Positions 12,216 to 24,733 of a stretch of DNA of 64,000 nucleotides are shown here, in pieces. The translations under genes were made by a program, and so were the position numbers. How positions within the stretch are numbered: position 1 is the stretch's first letter; each line of letters begins with the position of its first letter. Under the pieces are notes generated by a model, which had not been told where the DNA came from, made no database searches, and was given only the letters and a program-made list of their open reading frames with translations. The stretch covers positions 1 to 64,000 of the forward strand of contig NIVC01000730.1 of assembly GCA_002269645.1 (NCBI GenBank). The letters run 5' to 3'. This DNA is from Macrostomum lignano (Eukaryota).

Positions 12216-12841
12216 GATTTTGCCATAGACAAAGTCATTCCTGCACGGCAAGTTAAACGAGAAACGAAGACGAAAATTTCGGAGTGAGGGGTTGGAAAGG
12301 TTTATAAAAGCTTAATTCAGCTTTAACGATGGCTTCTGTAATCCACTTGTCTCAGAATCCGCCATTAATTGATTTGTGCTACGCAACAGTGTGTGATGTA
12401 GTGAAGAATGTCTATCGAAGCTACTTACAGCAACTTAGAGAGGTCCCAAGGCGAGCTTTTGTATTCTAGGTTACGGTTTTCATTACATATTTGTGTTGAA
12501 GTTTGTTTACATACAGCTAAGACGTTATTAACGTTTACTTTAATCAACAGAATGGCGCAGCGCAACGCTCTGACTGGAACAATTCGCCGGAGTCAAGTTA
12601 TACCTTAGACGAAGCATCTGAAAGGCGGCTGTTGCGACTACGAGTACCATCCCGTTTGGATCAGCGTCAATTTCAACTGTCAAGAAGTCATTCGTTGTTA
12701 AAGAGTCATCAATTACCACTAGCAGCTGCTTCAAATAGGCGGATGAATATTTAGGCAAATGGCGAAACAAATGTTTTGCAGTTCAATCCCACTGCAGAGC
12801 AGAATCAAGCGTGCAGAATCGATTTTGTCTATGGCAAAATC
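12216..12841. mobile_element. Non-autonomous TIR element (MITE) related to the Crypton-like fragment
   Basis: Left GATTTTGCCATAGACAAAGTCATTCCTGCACG (12216) versus reverse complement of the right end GATTTTGCCATAGACAAAATCGATTCTGCACG (12810-12841). The internal 5' part is homologous to 7638-7870. More inverted motif copies continue to ~13040. Confidence 0.75.
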
Positions 12842-13646
12842 TCCTTTAGGTCTAATGAATCATACATGTAGTAGGTGCAGGATTGAAATTTATTTTTACA
12901 AATTGAAAAGACAACAAAAATAAAGTGCAGGATTGATTTTGTCTATGTTTGAACTTCATGGTCTATAATTAAGATACTCGTAGAATCAATTAAGAATGAG
13001 ATTCATGAACGCTAACTCGGGCGTCTATGGCAAAAATGACGCTTTTGCCAATGACGCACTCGTTAGCATTATAGAATCTACATTTTCAAATAGATTTCGA
13101 GAAAGATTTGAGTGTGGATTAACTATTTGCTTTTTTATTTTCATCTTCTAAGTTTATCTGTTGCTTCTAAAAATTCAATAATCTGACCTTTCAGGAATGA
13201 TTTCTTTATTCCTGCGCGATTAGTTATTTTTTCAAGAGAGTTTTTACCATAAATTCCCGCACGCTTTGGTCAAATGACAATGCAATTTGCTCAGCTTAGA
13301 AGCAAATTTGCAATGTTTTAAACAACCTAAACGAAATAAATTACACGAATATATAACGTCGACAACCATGAAAAACTATTTATATATTTCTGCATCTTCG
13401 AATAATTATAATCTTGATTGGAGTCTGTTAAATTAAATACTTCTACATCTACATGTAGAAAGGTAATTGAGAATCAGGCCTGCCTTCCCCGTTACTAGAA
13501 GTTTATGTTTTTGACAGCTTATAATTTTTATCTCTAGTTCACTGTTAGTCCAAGTTTTTGTTTAAACGTTTCCCTCCAGATGGGTAAACATGCCACGACT
13601 CCTGGTTCCAGTCCACGAGCAGTCACATTCATGATGTTCACATTCA

Positions 13647-13815
13647 GAAGGCGCCAGCTACAGAGGGGCGCCAGCTACAGAGGGGGCGCCAGCTACAGAG
13701 GGGGCGCCAGCTACATGTACACGGGGGCGCCAGCTACAGAAGGGGCGCCAGCTACACGGGGGGTGCCAGGGTACAGAGGGGCGCCAGGTACAGAGGGGCG
13801 TCAGCTACAGAGGGC
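13647..13815. repeat. Short array of the 18-bp GGCGCCAGCTACAGAGGG minisatellite
   Basis: Same unit as 712-1943, at the equivalent position downstream of the sirtuin. Confidence 0.93.
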
Positions 13816-14180
13816 AGCAAACTACAATGAGCAGTTCGCGTCAGTGAGTCAGCTCATAAATATAGACTTGCCAACAATCCTTTTTAGATAAAAAATTGAG
13901 GACCAGATGGGAAAACCTCCCATGCCACGCAGCACGTTGTAGCAAAAATGCGAAAAAAGTAACCCTGAACACAGACAGTTTCAGTTGAATTCAGTCGTGC
14001 AGTGAATATTTATAATGCAAAAAGTGATAACAAAAGAAACACATATAATGCTATCTATTAGGTCTGTCAATAAGCAAGTTAAAGAATCTGCACTTTACAA
14101 TCTGATAAATCTATCTCTAGTGCAAAGGCTATCACAGCTACTGACAGTAGCCAACCCTGAATGAAATATCCAAAACCGGT

Positions 14181-17100
14181 TCATGAGATAGCAAGCGACC
14201 CCGAATCAACGTCAGAGCCATCCTCAGCAATCGCAGTCACCAGCCACTGTCGGCGGTCAACATCAAAGCGAAGCCGCAACTCGCTGGCCAAACTACTGCC
14301 AGAAGGCGGCGGCAACTTCAAACGAATCGGCGGCTCGGCAAAGTGACCAAAGAAGGTCAATTCCAAATCCGCGCCGAACGGCACATCGAACGGCTCTCGA
14401 TCAATGATTGAATTTGAGCTGACTCGAACAGACTTGAGATGACTCAACTGATTCCCAAGGCTGTCTAACGGTTCCAAACGAACCAAAGCTTCGTTGGACG
14501 AGTTGGCCGATTTTAACAAACGAATTCGCCGCTGCACAGACCAATCGGGCACGGGCACCTGCAGCTCGCGCATCAGCATGGACATCAGAGTGTCCGCATC
14601 CGCAAACAGCCGCATTGACGCTTTCAAATCTCTTGGCGTCGGCTGCAGATTGCAAATTATGAGCCGGCCTTTGCCGTCCTGCAGGCACTCCAGAGGCAGT
14701 CGGGCTGCTGGGTTCACGGTGAGCGAAGAGCCGAGCACAAGACACAGGTCGGCCTGCTGGCACCAGCTGCGAGCTTGGCTGAGCACTTCCGGTCGGAGAG
14801 CATAGCCGAACAGCACCAGAGAGTGATGCAGTTTCGGTGCTGAGTTGCTGCCCAACTCCCAGCAGGACCGGCAGACGCGCTCGGTGGTTCGCTGACCCTC
14901 CGGGAGGCCTTGGCGGACTCGGAAGTCGCGAAAATACTCCGTGCCGCAGACGGTGCACCTGGGAGGTTGGCGGGTCAGGAAAGGAAGGAGGATAAAGTGA
15001 GGGAACTTTAAGGTAGATTCTGGTGGTAGTTTATGGTAGATTCTGGTGGTAGTTTATGGTAGATTCTGGTGTAGTTTAATGTAGATTCTGGTGGTATTTT
15101 AATGTAGATTCTGGTGGTATTTTAATGTAGATTCTGGTGGTATTTTAATGTAGATTCTGGTGGTATTTTAATGTAGATTCTGGTGGTAGTTTATGGTAGA
15201 TTGTAATCTATCCATATTAGATTCCGGTGGTAGTTTATGGTAGATTCTGGTGTAGTTTAATGTAGATTCTGGTGGTAGTTTATGGTAGATTCTGGTGGTA
15301 GTTTATGGTAGATTCTGGTGGTAATTTAATGTAGATTCTGGTGGTAGTTTATGGTAGATTCTGGTGGTAGTTTATGGTAGATTCTGGTGGTAGTTTATGG
15401 TAGATTCTGGTGGTAGTTTATGGTAGATTCTGGTGGTAGTTTATGGTAGATTCTGGTGGTATTTTAATGTAGAGTCTGGTGGTAGTTTATGGTAGATTCT
15501 GGTGGTAGTTTATGGTAGATTCTGGTGTTAGTTTATGGTAGATTCTGGTGGTAGTTTATGTAGCTTCTGGTGGTAGTTTATGTAGATTCTGGTGGTAGTT
15601 TATGTAGATTCTGGTGGTAGTTTATGGTAGATTCTGCTGGTAGTTTATGGTAGATTCTGGTGGTAGTTTATGTAGATTCTGGTGTTAGTTTATGTAGATT
15701 CTGGTGGTAGTTTATGGTAGATTCTGGTGGTAGTTTATGGTAGATTCTGGTGGTAGTTTATGTAGATTCTGGTGTTAGTTTATGTAGATTCTGGTGGTAG
15801 TTTATGGTAGATTCTGGTGGTAGTTTATGGTAGATTCTGGCGGTAGTTTATAGTAGATTCTGGTGTAGTTTATGGTAGATTCTGGTGGTAGTTTATGGTA
15901 GATTCTGCTGGTAGTTTATGGTAGATTCTGGTGGTAGTTTATAGTAGATTCTGGTGGTAGTTTATGGTAGATTCTGGTGGTAGTTTATGGTAGATTCTGG
16001 TGGTAGTTTATGTAGATTCTGGTGTTAGTTTATGTAGATTCTGGTGGTAGTTTATGGTAGATTCTGGTGGTAGTTTATGGTAGATTCTGGTGGTAGTTTA
16101 TGGTAGATTCTGGTGGTAGTTTATGTAGATTCTGGTGTTAGTTTATGTAGATTCTGGTGGTAGTTTATGGTAGATTCTGGTGGTAGTTTATGGTAGATTC
16201 TGGCGGTAGTTTATAGTAGATTCTGGTGTAGTTTATGGTAGATTCTGGTGGTAGTTTATGGTAGATTCTGCTGGTAGTTTATGGTAGATTCTGGTGGTAG
16301 TTTATAGTAGATTCTGGTGGTAGTTTATGGTAGATTCTGCTGGTAGTTTATGGTAGATTCTGCTGGTAGTTTATGGTAGATTCTGGTGGTAGTTTATAGT
16401 AGATTCTGCTGGTAGTTTATGGTAGATTCTGCTGGTAGTTTATGGTAGATTCTGGTGGTAGTTTATGGTAGATTCTGCTGGTAGTTTATGGTAGATTCTG
16501 CTGGTAGTTTATGGTAGATTCTGCTGGTAGTTTATGGTAGATTCTGGTGGTAGTTTATAGTAGATTCTGCTGGTAGTTTATGGTAGATTCTGCTGGTAGT
16601 TTATGGTAGATTCTGGTGGTAGTTTATGGTAGATTCTGGTGGTAGTTTATGGTAGATTCTGCTGGTAGTTTATGGTAGATTCTGGTGGTAGTTTATAGTA
16701 GATTCTGCTGGTAGTTTATGGTAGATTCTGGTGGTAGTTTATGGTAGATTCTGCTGGTAGTTTATGGTAGATTCTGCTGGTAGTTTATGGTAGATTCTGC
16801 TGGTAGTTTATGGTAGATTCTGGTGGTAGTTTATAGTAGATTCTGCTGGTAGTTTATGGTAGATTCTGCTGGTAGTTTATGGTAGATTCTGCTGGTAGTT
16901 TATGGTAGATTCTGCTGGTAGTTTATGGTAGATTCTGCTGGTAGTTTATGGTAGATTCTGCTGGTAGTTTATGGTAGATTCTGCTGGTAGTTTATGTAGA
17001 TTCTGGTGTTAGTTTATGTAGATTCTGGTGGTAGTTTATGGTAGATTCTGCTGGTAGTTTATGGTAGATTCTGGTGGTAGTTTATGGTAGATTCTGCTGG

Positions 17101-19683
17101 TAGTTTATGGTAGATTCTGCTGGTAGTTTATGGTAGATTCTGCTGGTAGTTTATGGTAGATTCTGGTGGTAGTTTATAGTAGATTCTGCTGGTAGTTTAT
17201 GGTAGATTCTGCTGGTAGTTTATGGTAGATTCTGGTGGTAGTTTATGGTAGATTCTGGTGGTAGTTTATGGTAGATTCTGCTGGTAGTTTATGGTAGATT
17301 CTGGTGGTAGTTTATAGTAGATTCTGCTGGTAGTTTATGGTAGATTCTGGTGGTAGTTTATGGTAGATTCTGCTGGTAGTTTATGGTAGATTCTGCTGGT
17401 AGTTTATGGTAGATTCTGCTGGTAGTTTATGGTAGATTCTGGTGGTAGTTTATAGTAGATTCTGCTGGTAGTTTATGGTAGATTCTGCTGGTAGTTTATG
17501 GTAGATTCTGCTGGTAGTTTATGGTAGATTCTGCTGGTAGTTTATGGTAGATTCTGCTGGTAGTTTATGGTAGATTCTGCTGGTAGTTTATGGTAGATTC
17601 TGCTGGTAGTTTATGTAGATTCTGGTGTTAGTTTATGTAGATTCTGGTGGTAGTTTATGGTAGATTCTGGTGGTAGTTTATGGTAGATTCTGGCGGTAGT
17701 TTATAGTAGATTCTGGTGTAGTTTATGGTAGATTCTGGTGGTAGTTTATGGTAGATTCTGCTGGTAGTTTATGGTAGATTCTGGTGGTAGTTTATGGTAG
17801 ATTATGGCGGAAGTGTAATGTAAATTCTGGTGGTAGTTTATGGTAGATTTTGGCGGTAGTTTATGGTAGATTCTGGTGGTAGTTTATGGTAGATTTTGGC
17901 GGTAGTTTATGTAGATTCTGGTGTAGTTTATGGTAGATTCTGGCGGTATTTTATGGTAGATTCTGCTGGTAGTTTATAGTAGATTCTGCTGGTAGTTTAA
18001 TGTAGAGTCTGGTGGTAGTTTATGGTAGATTCTGGTGTAGTTTATGGTAGATTATGGTGGTAGTTAAATGTAGAGTCTGGTGGTAGTTTATGGTAGATTC
18101 TGGTGGTAGTTTATAGTAGATTCTGGTGGTAGTTTATGGTAGATTCTGGTGGTAGTTTATGGTAGATTTTGGCGGTAGTTTATGGTAGATTATGGTGGTA
18201 GTTTATGGTAGATTTTGGCGGTAGTTTATGGTAGATTATGGTGGTAGTTTATGGTAGATTTTGGCGGTAGTTTATGTAGATTCTGGTGTAGTTTATGGTA
18301 GATTCTGGCGGTATTTTATGGTAGATTCTGCTGGTAGTTTATAGTAGATTCTGCTGGTAGTTTAATGTAGAGTCTGGTGGTAGTTTATGGTAGATTCTGC
18401 TGGTAGTTTATGGTAGATTCTGGTGGTAGTTTATGGTAGATTATGGCGGTAGTGTAATGTAGATTCTGGTGGTAGTTTATGGTAGATTTTGGCGGTAGTT
18501 TATGTAGATTCTGGTGTAGTTTATGGTAGATTCTGCTGGTAGTTTAATGTAGAGTCTGGTGGTAGTTTATGGTAGATTCTGCTGGTAGTTTATGGTAGAT
18601 TCTGGTGGTAGTTTATGGTAGATTATGGCGGTAGTGTAATGTAGATTCTGGTGGTAGTTTATGGTAGATTCTGGTGGTAGTTTATGGTAGATTCTGGTGG
18701 TAGTTTATGGTAGATTTTGGCGGTAGTTTATGGTAGATTCTGGTGGTAGTTTATGGTAGATTTTGGCGGTAGTTTATGGTAGATTCTGGTGGTAGTTTAT
18801 GGTAGATTCTGGTGGTAGTTTATGGTAGATTCTGGTGGTACATGTAGTTTAAGGTTGATTAAGAGGTCAGTTTAGTGTTATTCTGTACACAAGTTAGGAT
18901 AGATTAGAGAGGATTGCCAGTTGTAGAGGGTCAACTGAGGTCAATTGAGAGTTGATTGTAAGGGCATGTGATTTCAAGAACAATGAAGAGCCTGCAAAAA
19001 ACGCTAGTGCTGATTCTAAGAAACAGTCAGATACGGATTTCCAAGAAACAGTCAGAACGAATTCCAAGAAACAGTCAGATATCGATTCCAAGAAATTCGG
19101 TCAGTTTTCCAAGAAACAATTCGATCAGTCTTCTAAGAAACAATCCGATGCGAATTCCAATAAACAATCTTATCAGTTTACCAGGAAACAACCAGATATG
19201 GATTCCAAGAAACAGTCAGATACAGATTCCAGGAAACAGTCAAATTTTTAAAGTGGGCCGCACGCACCACTCGATAGCCGTGTTGCCATGCAATTCGGCT
19301 AATTTCTCAGGCGGAAAGCCGCTCCTTCGATGCAGCCCGTCGGTGTTCTGGCTGATCAGTCGCTTTAACAGGCCCGCCCGTTCGAGACCTACAAGCGACA
19401 TGTGCGTCAGGCTGGGCGTCAGGCCCAGAGGGTTCCGATACACCGGCTCCTGACAGCCGCGAGCTCGCATAGTCATAATGCCGCCTGCGCCGCGATAATC
19501 CGGCAGCCCCGAAGCGGTGCTGATCCCGGCCCCGGTGAAGGCTACAAAAAATTTGGCCGATCGAATCAGGCTGGCCAGAGACTTGGCCTGGCGGGACAGG
19601 GTGGTCAAGTCTGACCGGAACTCTCGGCTAGACAGAGGCGGGGAGCGGCGTGACTGACTGTAGCCGGGAGGGAAGTTGCTCAT
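14181..19683 (-). CDS. SIRT6/7: Class IV NAD-dependent sirtuin deacylase (SIRT6/SIRT7-like), 397 aa
   Basis: Exons 19683-19268 and 14958-14181 (TG|gt...cag|G gives Trp). Motifs GAGISTASGLPDYRG, SQNTDGLH, ELHGN, Zn ligands CTVC/CRSC, LGSSL, ICNLQPT. The SIRT6 versus SIRT7 assignment is unresolved. Confidence 0.92.
15012..18840. repeat. 3.8-kb array of a 22-23-bp unit (GTAGTTTATGGTAGATTCTGGTG)n in the sirtuin intron
   Basis: Tandem units fill most of the 4309-bp intron 14959-19267. Confidence 0.98.
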
Positions 19684-20450
19684 GACTCACGCTGTGGGAT
19701 AAATATTAAACAAATATGTTTAGATTCGCAAGCTGCTTGTGAGCGCCTTTGGAGACTGACTTCAGAGCTCCGCTGACTCTTGAGAACGTACAAGAGCGCT
19801 AATACTGTACACAGACTCATACACACGCCTACACAGGATGTCCAAAGAGGTCAAGGCTTGGGGGGGAGTTGCTGAGATGTCGAGGCAAATAGGGTTTACA
19901 TAAATAATTTTCGTTCCTTTGCTTATTAGCCGCCCCGAAGGGGGGGGGCACTAGATTGCTAGTCAAGTATACTAAAAATGAGTTGTAATTGTAATTGTGG
20001 GTAGGTATGCGATTGATTTTAGCAAAATTGGCTCAATAATACCAGTAACTTAAATTAAACTTGCGTCATTCCCTGACGGTTGGGATCTTTAAACAAAAAC
20101 ACAACCAAAAAGACATTACGAAGTGATTGAGAACAAAGCAGTTATTAAAGTATATTTTAATTCATATATATAGAAACCGTATCAAAAACACGAGCTGCAA
20201 TGCGTACAGAAATTCTAACCGGAAAAAAGCATGCAAACAAACTTATAAGAATAACGAAGTTTTCTCACACGCAATTAGTAACTCACTATAAAAACTCATC
20301 ATGTTTTAACGTAATGCTATGAAGTACTCGTAAAATCTTTCCAACAGTTGTTTGCAATGACTCTTTAGCGATTCTTGCCACGGCAATGTTTTCACCGGGC
20401 AAGTTAAAGTGCTTTATTTTCTAACTTGCAGTCCACTGACAAACAGGCAG

Positions 20451-23400
20451 TTAAGCGGGCCCAGCACTGTCAGGATTGGCACTGTCTCCCTGTTTCTGCT
20501 CCAACTTTGCTCGCTTTTTCGCCCTCTTTGCTGCGTACTTTTCCCAACGTCGGTGGTCGAGTTCGCGAAAGTCTTCAACATCGGCGATGGCTTCGAGGTA
20601 CTCGGCGATGCGAATCAGCTCCCTGTCGTGCTGGCGATGCTGGTGCGCCTGACGAAACGGTCGGATTCTGAGTCCACTCTGCGGATTCATCGCGAAATTC
20701 CGTCGAATATCGTCAATCATGATGGTGTTGCTGGCCGAGTACTGCGGGTACTGGCCCCAGATCACCGCTAGCGGCTTCACGTTCACATTGGCTTCATCTT
20801 CTTCGCAGTACACGGAGATGCAGGCCAACGAGTCAACTAGTAAACTGATTTTAAACATTTCGCTGGCGAACAGGCGCATTTCGCCCAGCTTAGAATAGAT
20901 CCACTTCATACTGGTGGCCGACCAGATTGCTATGTCGTAGTGCGGATAAGCAACCTGCAGATGAGTAAGAAGTAAGAATTCATATAGACAGGTACTAGAA
21001 TAGCTAGACGCGAATCGCAAAAAAGCTTCATCTCCTAAAAATAAGCCTCGGGTTTTCTACAAGCAGATAATTAAATTAGCATCTTCATCGCGTTTTACGG
21101 ACTCCACATTGCCCCAGACTCAAAATAATTGATTTAAAAAAATGAAATCTTGTTTTTCAAGCAAGAGAGAAAAGGAGGTGGCGCCCCAGCCCCCAGCCAG
21201 GCGGATAAACAGTTTGGCTTTCCTCTTGCTAGGGGGCGACCCAGTCCCGGGCCCGGGCCCGAAAAGTCGGGAATCTCGACGAAAATCGTGGCCCGAACCT
21301 AAAAAAGTTGGGAAATCGGGACAAGTCTTTTTTCCCTAAAGGCACTAACCGCGTGCGAATAAGAATAAAATTATTTTTCAACACATTCACACTAATTTAC
21401 CTTTAATTCCAGCCCCAGGAAAATGCAACTGCAACTGTCTGTGACCGTGAGTGTCAGCCACAGCAGTTTCCACTTTCCAGGAAGATCGGATTTTTTTCCA
21501 GGAAGATAAAATTAAAACAGTTTTGCAATACTTTTTTGCAATATTGATTCCACTTTACACGCTGCAGGCTGCAGCCTAAAAGCAAAAATATGATTCTTTA
21601 AAAAGTTGATTAGTCATTTTTAAGCTTTTGTAAATAACATTTCCTATTTACATTCCAAGAAGTACCTATTAAGGGCCAAGGCAACCATTTTTCCAAGAAG
21701 TTTGCTATCTATCAGTATCAGAGTTTGTAATTGTGTTTGTATTTGTATCGTATTCGTAATCATATTCGTTTAGGTGGGTAGGTGAGCAGGTAGGCAGGTA
21801 TCAGCTAATTACTTGTATTTCCATTGTCTGTTTGCCTGTTCTGTTGAGACAGTTGAGTGTTGTGTTGTGTTGTCACTTCATTTGTGTTCTGCTCTGTTGT
21901 CTTGTCTTGTTGTCTTACTGAATACTGACTGTGTACATGGCTCTTTACATTGAAGCTATGTAAAGGAACTAAAAATTCAAATAAAAGAATCAATCAATTG
22001 ATTTGGTTCTTACTTCCTTACTGCTTCCAATGCCAAGTGCCTTACACTTAATGCTTCAGCTTTTCTTCTTTTTGCTTACTGCCACTGCCAGTGCCAGCCG
22101 CACTGCCGCAGTGCCTGCTTGCCTACCTCACTGCCTGTTAGTGTCATTGTCACTGGCACACACACAGTACTTGTGCCACACAGTGACATTAAATTTGAAC
22201 TATTGAGTATATTGATATTTGAGTATTAAGTCTTTTAATGTAACTCTTATCTATTCTGAAGTCTTAACTAATGTATTAAATAATAATAATAATTATTATA
22301 TTTATATATTATTATATAAATAATGTATTTATATATTATAATATATTTGATGTTTATCATATATTTATTATACATTTAATATATTATATTAAATTTAAAA
22401 ATTCATATATTTATTATATATTTAATAGTAATCCGCATATGCTAAAAGTATTAAGATTTATTATGATTTTTTCCAATTATTGAGCTGTCCTAAAGATCTT
22501 GTCCCGAATTCCCGAGGCCCGACCCGGGCACGAGTCCTCATTCCCGGGCCCGACTTTGGCCGTCCCGGTCGCCCCCTACCTCTTGCCCGCTTGTCTGAGT
22601 TTGACCTCTCTCCTTACTGCTTTCTCATTGGCTGAGCTAGATTTGGCCTGCCCCCAGGCTAAGTTTCGTCCGTCTGACTTGGACCTCTCTCCCTACTGCT
22701 CTCTCATTGGCTGAGCTAGATTGGGCCTGCCCCCTAGTTTGAGTTTCATCTGTCTGACTTTGACCTCTTTCTCCTTACTGCTTTCTCATTGGCTGAGCTA
22801 GATTTGGCCTGCCCCCAGGCTAAGTTTCGTCCGTCTGACTTGGACCTCTCTCCCTACTGCTCTCTCATTGGCTGAGCTAGATTGGGCCTGCCCCCTAGTT
22901 TGAGTTTCATCTGTCTGACTTTGACCTCTTTCTCCTTACTGCTCTCTCATTGGCTGAGCTAGATTTGGCCTGCCCCCAGGCTAAGTTTCGTCCGTCTGAC
23001 TTGGACCTCTCTCCCTACTGCTCTCTCGTTGGCTGAGCTAGATTGGGCCTGCCCCCTAGTTTGAGTTTCATCTGTCTGACTTTGACCTCTTTCTCCTTAC
23101 TGCTCTCTCATTGGCTGAGCTAGATTTGGCCTGCCCCCAGGCTAAGTTTCGTCCGTCTGACTTGGACCTCTCTCCCTACTGCTCTCTCGTTGGCTGAGCT
23201 AGATTGGGCCTGCCCCCTAGTTTGAGTTTCATCTGTCTGACTTTGACCTCTTTCTCCTTACTGCTCTCTCATTGGCTGAGCTAGATTTGGCCTGCCCCCA
23301 GGCTAAGTTTCGTCCGTCTGACTTGGACCTCTCTCCCTACTGCTCTCTCATTGGCTGAGCTAGATTGGGCCTGCCCCCTAGTTTGAGTTTCATCTGTCTG

Positions 23401-24733
23401 ACTTTGACCTCTTTCTTCTTACTGCTCTCTCATTGGCTGAGCTAGATTGGGCCTGCCCCCTAGTTTGAGTTTCATCTGTCTGACTTTGACCTCTTTCTCC
23501 TTACTGTTCTCTCATTGGCTGAGCTAGATTGGGCCTGCCCCCTAGTTTGAGTTTCATCTGTCTGACTTTGACCTCTTTCTTCTTACTGCTCTCTCATTGG
23601 CTGAGCTAGATTGGGCCTGCCCCTCCCGCAGTCTGAGTTTCGTCCGCCTTGCGTTCACTTGTCTACATAGAGTTAAACGCTTGTTGTTCATTATTGGTCC
23701 CATATGCTCCTAAGGCGGGGCTGCCAACCCCGAGAAAGGAAAGAATTTTAGCTGCCACATTTAAATCGCGTTACAATTATCATTCTGTCTCACAGAAGCG
23801 AATGAAAAAAATCAGTCTAATTGCCTTACCGTCAACAGGTGATGAATATACGGCCGAGTCAGCTCGTCAATATGACTACCAACAGACTTGTGATCAAAGA
23901 ATGTGTAATCAATGTCCAGTACTAGCAGCTTCTTGCCAGCCCTGGGAGCTTGCAGCTCGGTAATTTTGTATTCGCGAATTCGGCGCTCAATTTTGTCCAG
24001 ATATTCGGGTCGGTGCTCGAGTTTCACTTCGCCATCGCAGTAGGCTTCATTATCTTCAAGGAATTCAACTGATTCGTGCTTTTCTTCTGTTACCTACAGT
24101 AGGCAGGTGGAGATGGTCAAAGTGCAGTCACATTAATTTGGGACTCAATCGGAATCTCGGCTTGGGTCTGCTCGTGCAATTAGGAGCGCAACTTCCAGAT
24201 TGAGGGCCAACCCCCAAGGCACAGTGAAGTTTACATGCCTAACGATAAATAAAGTTAGGGCCGCTGTACACTCCTGTGTGAGAGTGTGCCTGTGCGTATG
24301 ACTGCGCACGTATCCGCGCGCCTGTGTGCTTGCCTGTTCAGGGGAGTCGGTGGAATGGGCAGTAATGCCTCTCGCCGGTTGTGTGACAATTTCGCTTAAA
24401 GTGCGCACAGCCCCAGCCTCTAATAAAAAATGGCGCAGAAAATTTAGCGCCTATTTTTACCTGTTTAATTTCAGCATCAGGCGTACCAATGAGCATCAGT
24501 TTGCTGCCACTTTTAACGCCAAGCTCACTAAGCTTAGCCAAACTGTCAGACAGATTTTTGCCTTTCAATCCCAGCAGCTTCATGTTATCAGGCGCCACTC
24601 TGGTGGCCTCGTATAGCAGGCTTTGCAGTTGAGCCAGGCTGGAATCTGAGCTCAAACTGTTGATTTGAATCTCTTTGCCGGAGTATTTCACGCTGAAGGC
24701 TATGATGGCCGGTTCTGATGCAGCCGCGGCCAT
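20451..24733 (-). CDS. UBLCP1: Ubiquitin-like domain-containing CTD phosphatase 1, 346 aa
   Basis: Exons 24733-24461, 24093-23830 and 20954-20451, all phase 0. N-terminal UBL (VKYSGKE...KLLGLK), HAD motif LVLDIDYT, WSATSMKWI, MIDDIRRNFAMNPQSGL. Confidence 0.96.
21230..22578. mobile_element. hAT-type non-autonomous element (1349 bp) in UBLCP1 intron 2
   Basis: TIR TAGGGGGCGACC at both ends, an imperfect ~90-bp subterminal inverted repeat rich in CCCG/CGGG, and a perfect 8-bp TSD CCTCTTGC (21222-21229 and 22579-22586). Confidence 0.9.
22587..23645. repeat. Dimeric satellite (79 + 82 = 161 bp) in UBLCP1 intron 2
   Basis: CTCATTGGCTGAGCTAG recurs at 22624, 22703, 22785, 22864 and onward, alternating A/B monomers; the last units are B-type only. 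Confidence 0.93.

Noticed and set aside
12044-12238. Minus-strand ORF resembling a tyrosine-recombinase box II (RHLRATG...SGHR...LRY)
   Set aside because: The N-terminal residues come from the MITE terminal motif, and the homologous copy at 50873-50985 does not keep SGHR or the Tyr in frame. Probably coincidental.
15012-18840. CRISPR-like regular repeats here and in other arrays
   Set aside because: Units are head-to-tail with no unique spacers, no cas genes are present, and the context is eukaryotic and intronic.
18952-19251. 99-aa plus-strand ORF with DSKKQSD repeats nested in the sirtuin intron
   Set aside because: It is a degenerate ~24-bp minisatellite; the triplet-multiple unit explains the open frame. 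The start is GTG and no splice context was found.
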